In this document: piece by piece, positions 12,928 to 29,779 of the stretch
Layout of the letters: each line of letters opens with the position of its first letter
Position numbering within the stretch: position 1 is the stretch's first letter
Assembly: GCF_009914755.1 (NCBI RefSeq)
Contig: NC_060944.1
Strand: one strand, 5' to 3'
From: the human T2T-CHM13v2.0 reference genome, Homo sapiens
Length of the DNA stretch: 64,000 nt
Notes under the pieces: model-generated
Seen by the model: the letters and a program-made list of their open reading frames with translations, nothing else
Database searches by the model: none
What the model was told of the DNA's origin: nothing
Translations under genes and position numbers: made by a program

Positions 12928-13400
12928 TTTATTTGACAGTTGCTGAGAGCCTACTAACCACCAATCACTATTCCAGGCACTGAGATATGACTTTGAGCTA
13001 GACAAAGTCTTGCTTCATGGAGCTCACATTTTGGCTGTGAATGGCAGCAACAGACAAATAAATACGTAGTTTACGTGAGGTACTGCAAAGAAAAAATAAA
13101 GCAGGGGAGTGATGTCAGGAGTAACTAAGGCAGGATGGTAGTCAGGGAGGTCCTCTCTGAAACGGGACATTTGAGCAGAAGCCTGAAGGAAGTGAGCTCC
13201 CTGACAACTTGGGAGAAGAGAATTTCAGGCAGAGAGAACAGTTGTACAAAGGCCCAGTGGTAGGAATAGAAACAGCTTGATGGGATTAAGAATCAACAAA
13301 AAGGTCATTATGGATGAAGCAGAATGAGGGAGGAAACCCAAGCCAGCTCGGGCTTGATCATGGCAGGCTTTGTCAGTCACTGTGAGTAACCAGACTTTAT
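12928..13400 (-). mobile_element. L2 LINE 3' end
   Basis: GTTGCTGAGAGCCTACTA...CTATTCCAGGCACTGAGATAT...TCATGGAGCTCACATT...GGACATTTGAGCAGAAGCCTGAAGGA. Confidence 0.85.
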
Positions 13401-14634
13401 TTCAAGTGAGTTGGCCAACAGTGTCTCCCCAGTAGTAGAGTGATTGCTCGTCTGCCAGAAAAGGGGCACAGAGCTCTGGACATCAATACTTGCCGATCTC
13501 TCCTTCATCAGCCACCCAACCCTGGCAACAGTTTTCAATTACACCTGTGAAAACTTGTGGGTTAAACAGCTGAGATCCATGCCTCAGCTTCTATAGGTGA
13601 TAAGCCTGTCCTTCCTTAGGTAAAGAAAGGAAGGGGCGAACCGTCAGTGAGCACCATTCACATACCTTAGCCGGTTCAGCTTCACCACCCTCTGAAGGTG
13701 CCATCAGCAGCTCCCTTTTGCTGAAGAGTAAGCGGAGGCCCAGAGAGGTCATGTGGTGTGTGCTTGAGGTCACATGGCTGAGAGGTGGCACCAGATTTGC
13801 CCAACTCTCAAGTCCCATAGTCTAACGTTTCACTCCACTCAGATTCAACCTCCCAAGAAATTATTTGTTTGAGTACCTACTAGGCACCAGACTCAGAGTG
13901 AGAGGCAGTTGCAGATTCACTCAGGGCCAGTTTTGGAGGCCAGCTTCACAATCACCCAGCACAGCCCATCTTTCTACTTGTGAGGAAACAGAGGCTCAGT
14001 GAAGGAATGCCTTTCAGATCACAGAGAGGATGAAGCCAGGATATTCAAACCCAGCTTATTTTACTACAACTCTACATGGTAGGAAAGAGAAAAGCGCCCA
14101 TACAATTTCAGTGGCTTGATGTGGAGCCTGGCAACAGATGTGTTCTTGGACTGTTGGCTATAAGACAAACCAGCTTTCCCCACTGACTGTCACCGTGTTT
14201 TGGGAGACAAAGCCTAGGACTTTGGTGTGTCCACCGTGGGTCAATAAATGCCCCCAAACAAGCATATCTTGCAAAAGTGGGGACTTATTAATTCATTGAT
14301 TGGTTTCTTGATTGATCAATTGATTTATATGTCCCTGTTGGACAAAGGGTTTGAGGAAGCCTGGGAAGGAAGTGAAGTGTGGAAACTGGTCATCTTCTGT
14401 GCTTCTTACATTCCACTCATTGGGAACATCAAAAAATGAAAAAAAAATCCAGCTGCTACATAGCTGGGGAACAAATTCTTGGTATGGAAGTAATTCTGCT
14501 AAGGCTAGCCTCCTCAGAGTAATTCCAAATGCTTTTCCTATTTTCAAATTTAATTAGGAGACATTTCTGCAGTGTGAGTCATCATTTAATAATGGGGGGT
14601 GTTTATTAGGGAATGAGTGGAAAGAGAACAGGAC

Positions 14635-14830
14635 AGCTGGATAATTCAAATCCCAGTTCTTCAAGTCTCTGGCTGTGTGATCTTGGGTGAGCCACTTCAC
14701 CTCTCTGAACATCAGTTTTCTTGTCTTTAAATTGATATTTACCTGGCAAGGTTTGGGGAAGGTCTCAACTAGATTATGTACATAACAAGCTTGCCAGTGT
14801 TAGTACATAATAGGTGTTTAATAAATATTA
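14635..14830 (+). mobile_element. MIR SINE
   Basis: TTCAAATCCCAGTTCT...GCTGTGTGATCTTGGGTGAGCCACTTCACCTCTCTGAACATCAGTTTTC. Confidence 0.8.
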
Positions 14831-16461
14831 ACTGCCTTCTCTTCCCATTTATTTTCTTATTTGGTCTTCTAAACAACCTTGGGGACCATGATAGGTATGT
14901 TGTTTGCTTTCTCTAGCATGAAAACAGCCTCCCAGAAACTACTCAGCCAATCCTCTGAAATGGTATTTCCGGTCAAATCTGATGCACCTTCTGAGACTTT
15001 TTTTTTTTTGTCTTTTCCAGTAAAGCCAAGCACATAGTCATTGTTAGTTTTAAAAAATGTATTTGGATGGGGTATGAAGTTCAGAAGAGAAAGACATTCC
15101 TGGTTGGGTTATTCAAGCAAGGATCCCTGAAGAAGAGATGCTAGCATTTGGCTAGGTGATAGGAAGGGGACAGGAAACAGCAAAAGGCAGGATGTGGAGG
15201 CAGAATGAGTTGAAAGATGCTGTTATTGAAGGCGATGGTGGTAGTTTATCCCTGAAAGCCACCAAGAGCTCAAGAGCAGGAGGGAAGAAGATGAGTTTCT
15301 GTTGAAGAAAGACCAAAGTCACTCACTGGCTGATTTGTGCTTGGGAGGAGCATCTCTTTCCCCTGCTGATTGGGAGTCTTTTGTTTCCCTGGGACAATAG
15401 GCACTGGTCACTGAAGAGTGTGTCTGTCCTCCACACTTTCCCATGTTCCTGTCTCTGGGGAACTCCTCCCTGACTCCGAGAGACAGGATGGAGTTGTCAA
15501 TCAAGATGTCTGTCACTTTGCCTACCAGGGGAGAGCTTTCCAAGTGGGGCCCTGTTTTTCTGCTGGGGCTATAGGGGAGGGTCTCCATCTTCATGTGTCA
15601 GGATGTAGCCTTGGGGCTGCTGGTGTCATATTTATGCCACATGGAATGAAGCTGTCTGAAGCAGGAAAGGATGATATTACCAAGCAAAAAGAGATGCAAA
15701 GCTGAGTGTGGACGGAGGCCTGCTTCTGATCCTGTCCATGTACTTGGATCAAACCATGCCTGAACTCCATTTGGTTTGCACCTTATGGGGCAATAAGGGA
15801 ATAAGTAATTCTCTTTGTTTATTCAACAGGATTTCTGTCACTTGGCAATTCTGATTAATACAGACTTCTGATTAATACAGTTGGCAAATGAGAGACAAGT
15901 GATCTCTTCAGAAATGGACAGAGCAGGAAAGGAACCCACCAAGCATGGAGAGGTTGAATGAGAGTCTCTTCTTCCCCATTGACTCACTGCAGCCCTGGAT
16001 CAGGTTGCTGCCCTTCTCTGGGACTCAGTTTTATCATCTGTGAAATGGGCTGCAGTGAGTGGGAAACAAAATCATTTATTTATGCCCAACCTTGTTGCAA
16101 AAATGATTTAAGACAGCTTACAAATGTATTAAAGCCAGAGATTAGGAAAAGAAAGAGATAATGAAATTGTGAGAAGGGGGAGAAAAGGTGAACTCAAGGA
16201 TGAGGTTAGGTTATTGAATGCCTGCTGTAAAGTTCTGGACAGTTGCTAAAGGTGAACAGACAAGTTTGTTCTGAGATTCTTTGTAGCCAAAGCAAGAAAA
16301 AGAAAATGCAGTTACGTGGATTTGTAGGAAAAAAAAAAAAAACAACCCGGTTCCTGAGAAGAAGCCCAACTTTTCTTAGAATAAAAGTCTGAAACAATTT
16401 TCCTTGTGGTTCCCCATCAAAAGGACTTTGTGAAATACCATGAGCAAATATAAAAACCAGA

Positions 16462-16795
16462 CAGGTTGAGTATCCCTTATCTGGAATGCTTGGAACCAGA
16501 AGTGTTTCAGATAACAGATTCTTTTGGATTATGGAATATTTGCATATACAGTCCTACCTCGGGTATAGGACCCAAGTCTAAACACAGAATTCATTCATGT
16601 TTCGTGTATACCTTATACAAGTTACCTGAAGGTAATTTTATTTTTCTGTGTGTTGTGCACCTGCATTTTGACTGCAACCTGTCACGTGAGGTCAGGTATA
16701 GAGTTCTCTACTTGTGGCATCATGTTGGTACTCAAAAATTTTGGATTTTGGAGCATTTTCAATTTCAGATTTTCAAATTACAGGTGCTCAACATT
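16462..16795. mobile_element. Tigger4/MER46-type TcMar MITE
   Basis: TIR CAGGTTGAGTATCCCTTATCTGGAATGCTTGGAACCAGAAGTGTTTCAGA and reciprocal end GGAGCATTTTCAATTTCAGATTTTCAAATTACAGGTGCTCAACA. Confidence 0.85.
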
Positions 16796-16799
16796 TAAC

Positions 16800-17640
16800 A
16801 GGCTGGGGTAAATAGTTGCAACATATTTAATAGTCGGAGGATTAAAATCCACAATAAAATAAGAGCTCCCACAAATCAATAAGGACAAAGGAAAAAAACA
16901 CTCCATCAATAAAATGGGCAAAAAGGGATAAGAACACAATTCACGATAGGGGAAATAGCTATCAAATTAGAAAAAAATATCAGAAGAATGGGTAATATCA
17001 GTGTTGGTCACAGTGTGGGGAAATAGGCATGCTCAGACACCTTAACTTACTTTTAGCGTTTCTCGTCACCTGACACACCATATATATACGTCTCTACGTG
17101 TTGGGGATCTCTCTCTCTGACCAGATTGCAAGTTCCATGAGAGTAAGGACTACCTCCTCATCACTGCTGAATTCCCAGAACCTAGAACAGTGTGCCCAGA
17201 ACAGAGTAGATCCTTGATAAATATTTATCAAGTATGTGAGTCAATAAATAAATGAGTGAATGAATGGACAGTGTGTAAACTGGGGTCATATATTTGGCAG
17301 GCAATTTGGCAACATTTATTAGAATGAAAATGCACAAACACTGATGCAGACATTCCTCCTTTAGCCATACGCTCGACTGAGACATACAAATATTCAAAGG
17401 AATGGGTCAAAGAGTGTTTTTGTAGTGCTGTTTAAATGGCAAAAGTTGGAAATGACCTAAATGCCAAACAATACTACACTAATAAAGTTATGGTTTATTC
17501 TGACTGTGAAATATTGTGTGTTCTTCTTTAAAAAAATAGTGTTTTCATACTGATGTGGTCAGATCTCCAAGATACATTATCAAAAGAAAATAGCAAGTCA
17601 CAGAACAATAATATGTAACATTTACGGTAAAAACAAAACA
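16800..17640 (+). mobile_element. Old L1ME 3' fragments with an L2 3' end at about 17040-17270
   Basis: A-rich L1-like segments (AAATCAATAAG...AAAATGGGCAAA; GCAATTTGGCAACATTTATTAGAATGAAAATGCAC) and an L2 tail ending TGAGTGAATGAATG. Confidence 0.65.
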
Positions 17641-17645
17641 AACTT

Positions 17646-17983
<338 letters not shown>

Positions 17984-18189
17984 TTAGCTAGCTACTATCT
18001 ATCCATCTATCTATCCATCCATCCACTCGCTTACATTGGTCAACCTATCAGTATAAACAAATAGAAACATATCTAGAAGGAAATACCAAGCTGTTAACAG
18101 TTCTTCAGAACAAGGGAATAAAATGTGGAGGTTTACACAAAGGGCTATTTTTACTTTAAAAATATATTTCAGTATAATATGCATTTAAT

Positions 18190-19000
18190 GTGCATAGATA
18201 GGTTGGCAAATGATAAAGCTTTACAAACTGTATTTATCCCTGTCAGCATCACTCAGATGAAGAAAGAGATATGACCAGCACCCCAGCAGCCCTACTGTTA
18301 TCCTCTCAAGGAAAACTATCACTGCCCTTCTATTACTTTTATCACCCTAGACTAGTTTTGCTAATTTTTGGACTTTATATAAATAGAATCAAAAAGTGGA
18401 TACAATTTTGTATCTTTCATCTTTGGTGCAATATTCTGTTTATGTGAATATTGCCAAATGGCCTGACACTCCAACCAGTGTGGCAGAAGGCCTGTTCCCC
18501 CCATGCAGCCACCCAATACATTTTAACTAACCTGTAGTCTGTATTTTGTTCAGTCCCAGTAATGTCCTTTACAGCTTTTTTTCTAGTTTGGGATTACATG
18601 TTGCATGTAGTTGTCATGTCTCTTTAGTATCCTTTAATCTGGAACAGTTTCTCAGCCTTTCTTTGTCTTTCATGATGTTGGCCTTTAAGAAAAATATAGG
18701 TTAGTTGTTTTATGGAATGTCACATCCCTCACTTTGGGTTTGTGTGATGTCTCCTCATGATTAGACTGAGGTTATGCATTTTGGGCAGGAATATCTTGTA
18801 AATGATGCTGTGTTCTTCTCAGTCTATCACATTAAGAGGTACACAATGTCAATTTGTCCCTTTATTAGTGTTAACTGATCATTTGGTTAAGGTGACATCC
18901 AGTTTCTCCACTGTAAAGTTGTTTACTTTTTCTTTTGTAATTAAAAAGTAATTTTAGGAAGCTACTTTAATATCTTTATCTATTAAATATCCTTTTCCTT
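18190..19000 (-). mobile_element. Old L1 (L1ME/L1MC-type) 3' fragments
   Basis: TTGCATGTAGTTGTCATGTCTCTTTAGTATCCTTTAATCTGGAACAGTTTCTCAG, typical of the L1MC4/5 3' region. Confidence 0.7.
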
Positions 19001-19036
19001 GTCAAAGCCATGGTATGTTTAAAATGTGAATTTCTT

Positions 19037-20451
<1,415 letters not shown>

Positions 20452-23058
20452 TAAAATGTGAATTTCTTAATTGAGAGTAATGGGAAGCATTTATTCCTGT
20501 GCTCCTGAGTCACCGGTTTTCCTTTTTGATGAATTTTGATAATCATTTTTTCTCACTAAAATTTAAAGGTTTAATTTTTAAAAACTGAATGGTTTAAGCT
20601 TAGCCCTATAGTTCTTGAACCATGATTTTAATAATAATGATTTTTTAATCTTCATTGCTCTAGCACCTTTAAGAAGGATTCGTTTGAAAATTCACCTGTG
20701 TCTCAACCCAGGAATAGGCTTGGCCTTCCTTCTCTGATGGCAGCCAGGGAGCTTCCTCCCATATACCGTGCCCACAGGAAGGAACAGAAATGCTTCCTGT
20801 CACTCGCAGGGGTCTCCAGCTGTCATAAGCTGCCAGCTGGAGGTGGTCCAAGCCAAGATTACAGCCGGCCTTTATCCTATAGTTATCACCCACAAATCAC
20901 CCCCTATCCCCAACCCAGGGGAGTCTCTCTGTCCATTCCATACCCCGGATACTGAACTCAGCTCCAGAACCAGGGACCTCCTGCCCATTCACGATGGCCT
21001 TGAGCTCCCAGTGCTGTCCCCACCACTCAAGATTGTCCCATACCACCTTTCCCACCCAGCCCAAACCTCACAAGCCAGGTGCATGTGGTGGCCTCTAGGG
21101 AAATGAGGTTTCAAGGTATTTTAGCCACAGATCTCTTTGCTCAAATAAAGCCCTACACAGAACCCCAGCCCATTCAACATTTCAAGGTGGAGCTGAAATC
21201 CTTTGTGGGTTCTATTTTTCTCTCTTTGCAAAGCATTTCCAGCTTGTGGGCTGATTGTCATATAATCTAGACAAGTGTTAATTAAAGAAATCACTCAGAG
21301 CCTGTATATACAAAAGGTAAAAATTTTAAAATCTTTACAGCTAAAAATATATTTAATGTGGTACATTTAAAAATATTTGATACAAGGTGGGGATCCCAAA
21401 CAAAGAGTGCCAGGGGCCTATGGTGAGCCAACCTCCCACACCTCCCAAATAAATCAGTCATCTGGCTTTGTCTATCTCTACGCTCTTCCTATGAGTGTTA
21501 TCACACTCAAATTGCATATTGATGGGATTAACCCTTTAAGGTTTCTTTCACTCCACCATTGGCTTAGTGAGGCAATCTAGTCCATCATTGTCTCCCCAGC
21601 TCTGAGAAGCGAGCACTATCATAAAAGAAAAGAACTATTATACAAGAAAAGATTGCTACAGTGAACTAGATGAATGTTAACAGGCTCCTTGAGGTAAGAT
21701 GCTAAAAAGCATCAGAATGAATGAGTGAGTCGATAAATGAGTGAATCCACACTGTTGCTTATGAGGTCTGTGGGTGATGACGCCCCATGTGCATGGCAGT
21801 TTCAGAAGGGCTTTCAGGGTTTAGATTCTGGGGAAAGGAATCCACTTCACAGACCCTGCTGGTGCCGAGCCACTTCTAAGAGACCAAGGAGCCTGGAGCC
21901 ACCCCATTCCTCCCAGGGGGTGGGGTTAGTTGATGCTGTCTGGTGAGTGACCAATCGCATCAGCACCTCTGCTGACCCCATGGGACTCCACTACCTTCTC
22001 TCCTGGACTCCTAAAACTGCCATTTCTCTGAGAGGGGGAGGAGGGCTTCTTGCTTCCAAAAGGACTAAGCAGGGTTCTGGCAATGGGGACAGGATAGTTG
22101 TTCCCTGTGGCAGGCTGATGTACAATGGGATGGTCCTGGGGCCACATCTGGGCACAGACCCCCATTATCTTTAATGGTGCTCTTGCCAGGGGGACACTGC
22201 AGAGAGGAGTCTACCACGAGGAGACCTGCTCTCCCCTCCCAAGCACTGGAGCAACCTTGGCCCTGCCCAGAAAAAGGCAGCTGTAGGGAAATGGAGCTGA
22301 GTTTAAATGCCCACTGGGCACTTAGTAGCCATGTGACCTTGTGTAGGTGACTCCTCCTCTTCCTCTCTGGGCCTGAGTTTCCTCCTCCATAAAATGAGGC
22401 AGTCATCTTTGCAGCTCTGCACCCACAAAGTGCCATTGTGAGGGTCAAATAAGTGGATGTAAAAGGGCTTGCAGAGAACCCTGCAGATGGAAGGTGGACC
22501 TTTATAAGGGAGAAATAAAATCTTATTAAGGAGAAAATAAATTCCCAAGAATGAGCTGCCCAGCATCTTTAAAAGAAGACTGCAGAGTGGACAGTGCTCA
22601 TACCTGAAATGTTTTTTTTATTCCTCTACCAGTCAGCCTCCTACACATCCCAGAGGAGGCAGTGCCTTCCCCAGAAAGCCCTGCCAGGCTGCACTCTGTC
22701 CTCCCATCCTGCTGCCTCCAGCACAATGCTCATATCTGACTGTCTGTCTACCTGACATCTCCCCCACTGGTCTGGTGCTCCTTTGGGAAGGAACTGTATC
22801 TGATGCAACCAGGAATTTCAGCTCTTAGGGCAGAGTCTGGCGCATCTGAGGCACACATCAATATTCTGAGCCAGACTGACTGGCTAGAGTAGAGCTAATG
22901 GTAGAATGTCGGGGGCTGGTGCCTAAGGTTGGGGTAACTAAAGACGCAGGCAAGCCTCACACTCCCTTCCTAGAACCTTATCTGATTACTTTCTCCATCT
23001 AGGTTTGAGACGAGGTCTAGCCGATCCTGCCTACAGGCTGAGTGAAAGCTCTTTAAGG

Positions 23059-23156
23059 TAGGGGTGACCAGCTTTTCCTGGTCTGCTCAGGACTTTCCTG
23101 GTTTGAGTTCTAAAACGTCCCATTTCCCAGGTAAACCAGGGCAGTTGGTCATGCTA
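23059..23156. mobile_element. MER94-like hAT MITE
   Basis: TAGGGGTGACCAGC...CAGTTGGTCATGCTA inverted ends with internal TTTCCTGG repeats. Confidence 0.65.
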
Positions 23157-23259
23157 CCTTAGTTACTAATTGATTCTCATAGTAGACATTGTAATTACTC
23201 ACTGATTGTATATTACGCTTCTCCTTCCTCCCCCTTTCCCAGGCTGGCAGAGCCCATCT

Positions 23260-23570
23260 CTTAGGACAGAGGCTGAAAACGGAAGATAGTTTCCCAGCCT
23301 CTCTTGTGGTGAGGGGTTGCCATGTGACCGAGTTTTGGCCAATGAGACAAAAGGGAAAGTCTGCTGGGAACTTCTGGGAAGGGGTTTTTTCTCTCTATCT
23401 ACCTTCACCCCCTCTTTCTTCCTGCTTTCGGTCGTGAGAATGTGATGATTAGAGCTGTGACAGCCATCTTGTGACCACAAGGAAACATCCTTACCACACT
23501 CTGAGGGGTAAAACGAAGGACAGTAAAAGCTCGACACTTTGATGACATTGTTGATCCTCTGAACGACCCT
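23260..23570 (+). mobile_element. MLT1 (MaLR) LTR, 5' part; 3' part resumes at about 24945-25015
   Basis: TTTCCCAGCCTCTCTTG...GCCATGTGACCGAGTTTTGGCCAATGAGA...CAGCCATCTTGTGACCA, and a 3' end TTCTGTTACTTGTAGCGAAAAGCACTCTAAC. Confidence 0.75.
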
Positions 23571-23574
23571 AGGA

Positions 23575-24942
<1,368 letters not shown>

Positions 24943-25230
24943 TGAATAATCTCTATGGTTTAAGGCACATTTAATCGAGTATTCTGTTACTTGTAGCGAA
25001 AAGCACTCTAACACTCCTCAACACAATTTGGCGACAGAGGATGTTTGTTGGGTGAGTGATGGTAATACCCGTGGAATAGCATTCTTACAGGGAACAGGGC
25101 ACATTCACACCATTAACACCTGTCACTCTCACTTCAGTCCCACCAGGGAGGGTTTGTTAGTTTCCTCTAACAGATGAGGAAACTGAGGTCCAGAGAATCG
25201 CACTGACCTGCTCAGAGTCACACAACGAGC

Positions 25231-25527
25231 TTTTTTTTTTTTTTTTTTGAGATGGAGTCTCACTGTGTTGCCCAGGCTGGAGTGCAGTGGCATGATCTTG
25301 GCTCACTGCAGCCTCCGCCTCCCAGATTCAAGCAATTCTCTGCCTCAGCCTCCCAAGTAGCTGGGATTACAGGTGCCCGCCACCATGCCCAGCTATTTTT
25401 TTTTTCTTAGTAGAGAGAGGTTTTGCCATGTTGGCCAGGCTGGTCTTGAACTCCTGACCTCAAGCAATCCACCTGCCTCGGTCTCCCAAAGTGCTGGGAT
25501 TATAGGCATGAGCCACTGTGCCCAGCC
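25231..25527 (-). mobile_element. AluS nested in a minus-strand MIR (about 25100-25610)
   Basis: T18 tail and reverse Alu body. TSD ACACAACGAGCTTT / ACACAGTGAGCTTT. MIR core CAGATGAGGAAACTGAGG at 25171. Confidence 0.95.
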
Positions 25528-26096
25528 TACACAGTGAGCTTTTGACCAATCTAGAATTTGGGCCCAAGATTGTTTAATCCCAAACCCAGTGCTCTTTCCG
25601 CTACACTTCTCTCACCCTGGGCACATCCACCAACAACATTTGTTGAACTCCTATTCTGTATACTTCAGGGAAACTTTATCTGGTCTCTACTTCCACTGAG
25701 CTTGTGGTCTAGGAGAAGAACAAGAGTTTTATCTAACAATAATAATTGTATTTTTAAGTGCTTACGTTTATTAAATACTTACTATCTCCTAGACCAGCCT
25801 TTTTCAGTGGAGTCCATGTATTGCAGAGTATACTCCACTGGGTTGCAAGAAAAACAATTAGTAATTCTATCTGTATATTTGATCTCATCTTTTAAAAATT
25901 TTCATTTTGTGTATATCATATAAGATGATAATATATTGATTGATAATATATTATGTTTTTACTTTGTAAATGTACATATTAAATATATTGGGGGCAATGT
26001 TCACTGACAAGAATGGGACACCTAAATCTTTAAAGACCCATTGGTCGCCTGATCACATGATCCCATCTGGCCCTCATGACACTCCTGAGGACCAGA

Positions 26097-26260
26097 TTTT
26101 TTTTGTTGTTTTTAGAGACAGAGTTTGCTATGTCACTCAGGCTGGGATGCAGTGGTACAGTGATGGCTCACTGCAGCCTTGAACTCCTGGGCTCAAATGT
26201 TCTTCCTGCCTCAGCCTCCCAAAGCTCTGGGATTACGGGCATGAGCCACCATGCGTGACT
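26097..26260 (-). mobile_element. Monomeric Alu (FLAM/FRAM/AluJ-like)
   Basis: TTTTAGAGACAGAG...GGCTCACTGCAGCCTTGAACTCCTGGGCTCAA...GGATTACGGGCATGAGCCACCA. Single arm only. Confidence 0.85.
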
Positions 26261-26739
26261 GAGAACCCGATGTGTTGCCCCATGTTACATATGAAGATAC
26301 ATCTTTAAGGTAATGAATATCCCAATCACCCAGATTTAATTCTTAAGCGTTGTATACAGGTATCAAAATATCACATATACCCCCCAAATATGGCCAACTA
26401 TTGCATGATTAAAAAATAAAAGAAAAAAGAAAAAGAAACCATCTTTAGCAATACCCTTTTAAAAAGTGCTTTTTGTTTGTTTAGCTTTCTTTGAACATTT
26501 GACCCAAGTCTTCCCTCACTCAGAAAACCACTCTGTAAAACATCCCTCAACATGATTTCCTCACAGACAAACCTGTCTGATAATTTAATGCTGCTGCCAT
26601 TTTTTTTTCTGGAGCTCTGAACTTTGATGCCTATCTGGACTAGTTTTGCTCTAGACTTGGGGCACAGATACCATTAGGAATTCCTTTGTCTCTCCTGTGT
26701 TGAAACCACAGACTGCTATATCTCAGTTCATCATAGAAA

Positions 26740-27200
26740 ATTTACAAAATAAAAGCCACAGAGATTCATTCCCCTGCCTGTGTCTAAGCTCTTGTCCAAG
26801 CCCCTCTCACATTGACTCTGGGCTTGGTCACGTGACTTGCTTTGGCCAATGGCATAATGGCAAACATGACACAAGCAGCAGCTGGAAAATTACTTGTGCA
26901 TATGAGCCTTTGCCCTTTCAGCTCTGGGGAACCCTGTGACCACAACCAGGCTGGCAGCAAACCCAGGCTGGTTTGCTGAAGTATAAGAGACCGATGGCTA
27001 AATCATCTCTGTTACCCCAGCTGTGCCAAGCCAACCAGCATATATATGTGAGTGAGGCCATTGACGACCAGCTGACGGCAGACACAGGAGAGAAGCCAGC
27101 CAAGACCACATGGAGCCCAGCCCACGCCACTACTGGGCTATAGGTTCATAAGGGAATAAATGGTGGCCGTTTTCAGGCAATTTGTTACACAGGAAAAGCT
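26740..27200 (+). mobile_element. MLT1 LTR (MLT1G/H-like)
   Basis: ACATTGACTCTGGGCTTGGTCACGTGACTTGCTTTGGCCAATGG...TTTCAGGCAATTTGTTACACAG. Confidence 0.7.
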
Positions 27201-27269
27201 CATGGTTCCTCTTCTTGGTTTAGTTCCTCTTTTTGGTGGAGCACAGCCCCTGGTAGCATGGAAGTTTTA

Positions 27270-27752
27270 AAACATGTGCACCAGTCCTTTGACACTTGTC
27301 CCATCAGCAGATAGGGTTCATGACACCTTCCCTTGCTTGGGCCTGTACCTTAGTAATGCAGCAAAAGTGACATGGCATAACTTCTGAAGATAAGTTAGAA
27401 AAGGCCCTACAGTTTCCACCTGGTTCTCCTGGGACACTCACTCCGGGGTAAGCCAGCCATTGAGGAAGAGGTATGAGATCACCGTGCTGGAAAAGCTACA
27501 TGTCAACACACCACTCAACAATCCAGTCGAGACAGCCTTCCAGCCATCTGGGCCAAAGGAGCCAGACTGGTGAGTGATGTCATCTTGGGCCCTCCAGACC
27601 AGCTCATCCACCAGCTGAAGACCACTAAGTGAGCTCCATCAACACCACGTGGAACAGAATCATCACCCAGTTGCACCCTCCCTCAGTTTTTAACCCACAA
27701 AATTAATCCACTAATTTTGGTGATGGTTTGTCATGCAACAATAGATAACCAG
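27270..27752 (+). mobile_element. MLT1 LTR (MLT1F/H-like)
   Basis: Ends CACTAATTTTGGTGATGGTTTGTCATGCAACAATAGATAACCAGA, a typical MaLR 3' end. Confidence 0.72.
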
Positions 27753-29779
27753 ATTCTATGCCATGATGGGAAGTTCTGCAGTTTCATTGGGAAGTGGCAG
27801 GCATTCTGGGACAGAAAAAACTTGGGGTCATTTGTGCAATCTACTGCACAGATTTTTAATCTCTGGTTTCTTACTCTCTGTTCCTTCCAGAGAGCTTCTT
27901 GTTCACATTTTACTGCTGCAATATCTTTATCACTCAAGGGATATTAATTGTAGGATTTATTTTAAGTTTTCTCTTGTTCCCTGGATTCTTTTCTTGAAGA
28001 CCTTTTACCCCGCCCTCATGGTTTGCTTTGATCTCTGCACTTCATGATAGAAATTTCTAATGATCCTTGGCTGTCTACTCACATTACCACTCTGGCTGGA
28101 AACTGGGTGGGGAGGGTGGACTGGTAGGCTTTTGTGTAGGGTCCATGCAGGGTGGTTGCATAGGGCTGGTGCAAAGGGGCTGGTTGGCTTTTTCTGTGAT
28201 GCACTCTCCTCCCACCCCCAATTACCGTATCTTTAGGTCTTTGTCCTGGAAGTGGTTCTCCAGATAATTTTCTGCCTGGGGTTGGACATTCTAGAATGAG
28301 ACGGGTGAAGGGGGCTGAAGATCTCACCTTCTCTGGGCCTGATGTTTCTAGTTTTGGAGTTTCTTTGTTGCCTTTTTTTCAGAGAATAAACCTCCCTTTG
28401 CTTGCCCAGAAGTGAGTGGGGTTACTACCTGGCTGGGCAGGATGGGGGTTGGGGACGTGGAGGTCCCATGCTCCTTGTACAGATTGCTTTCAATCCCCAC
28501 TTCACCAGCAGCTCCTCCAAGACCTAGTAGCTTCAATTTTTGAGGCCTTTAGGCAAATTGGCTTGTTTCTCTATGCAGCAATCCACCCACACAGCAGTCA
28601 CCTACCCCATCCATTTAGCTTTGACTTTCTTCCTCTCGGTTATGTCACTGGCCACTTCATCCATTTCCCTCCTTTGTAGTTCAGGGTTACAAATGTCTCT
28701 CGATTTCCTCAAAGACAGAGTTTTTGTTTCTGCTCCTTATTCTTGTTTTGGGGAAGTTTTTTGTTTGTTTTTTTCTTTTTTAAGAAGAGAAAAGGAATAG
28801 AAATGTCTTTAGTCTACTATCTTAAAGCCACCATTTCATTAGAGTTTTAAATGGAAAAAGCACCCTCTTATATTGGACAGAAGTGTGTCAGCAATGTGGG
28901 TTTTGTGACTCTTACTGGAGTAAGAGCCTACATTATACGCCAAGGTGGCTTCATGTTCTAGTTTTACAAATGCATTTGATACAGTTAATAAAATAGCAAA
29001 TTATGTATTAAGGAGAATACAGATAAGTCATTGCTGGCTTGGCAGAGAGTGGAGAGCAGCCTTGACCAAAAAGCTTAGAGGAGGAAAAGTGGGGTGGAGG
29101 CATGAGGTTGACCTGTCCCTGCTAAGTGCCACTGTTTTCAGCTCACCCCTTTCCACCTGCAGGTCCCTGCTCAGATGCCACCTCCTTGGAGGATCCCCAC
29201 CCACCTGTCACTTTCTCTCTACTAACTTGTTTTATGTCTGACTGCCTGCCAATGGATTTGATTGACTTATTTATCTTTAGGTTTGTCGACCCCACTAGAT
29301 CATGGGCTCCATGACCAGGGGGAGCTTTGCTTTTTCACCTCCATACACTCGGTGCCTGTGAGCACCTGGTACATCAGTAGATGCTCAATAAAGAGTTGTT
29401 GAGTGAACAAATGAATGAGCCAGTGATTGCGTGGATCCATGTTTTCTATGAGAAGGCAGAGCTCTGAGGACAGACAGAGGCCCAGTGTGCATGAGAAAGT
29501 CCCGCTGGCCCAGGCAGTGGCCTAAGAGCTGCCTACCATGGTGGTCACTGTTCTTGGGGAACCACAGATGTTTCCCCTCTAATCCCTCCATGGGGACCAG
29601 GGGGGCATGAGAATGGGAGAGAACACAAAGTCCCTTTATTCAGGGGAGTGGATTCCATCTCAAGACAAATTGTTACCTCCAAGGCCACCAGCCGCCCAGC
29701 CGGCCCATCACCATGGCCTCCCTCTTAAGGATGTGGGCACAGGCCCGGCCAGAGCTGAAATTGCCCTGGAAACTAGTCT

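Noticed and set aside
12253-12946. Long His/Pro/Ser-rich ORFs (227 aa and 185 aa)
   Set aside because: They are translations of the (CCAT)n array, which lacks stop codons on this strand, and are bounded by MIR and L2 sequence.
15849-15880. 15-bp direct repeat TTCTGATTAATACAG twice
   Set aside because: Short local duplication at an MLT1-like LTR end, which is commonplace.
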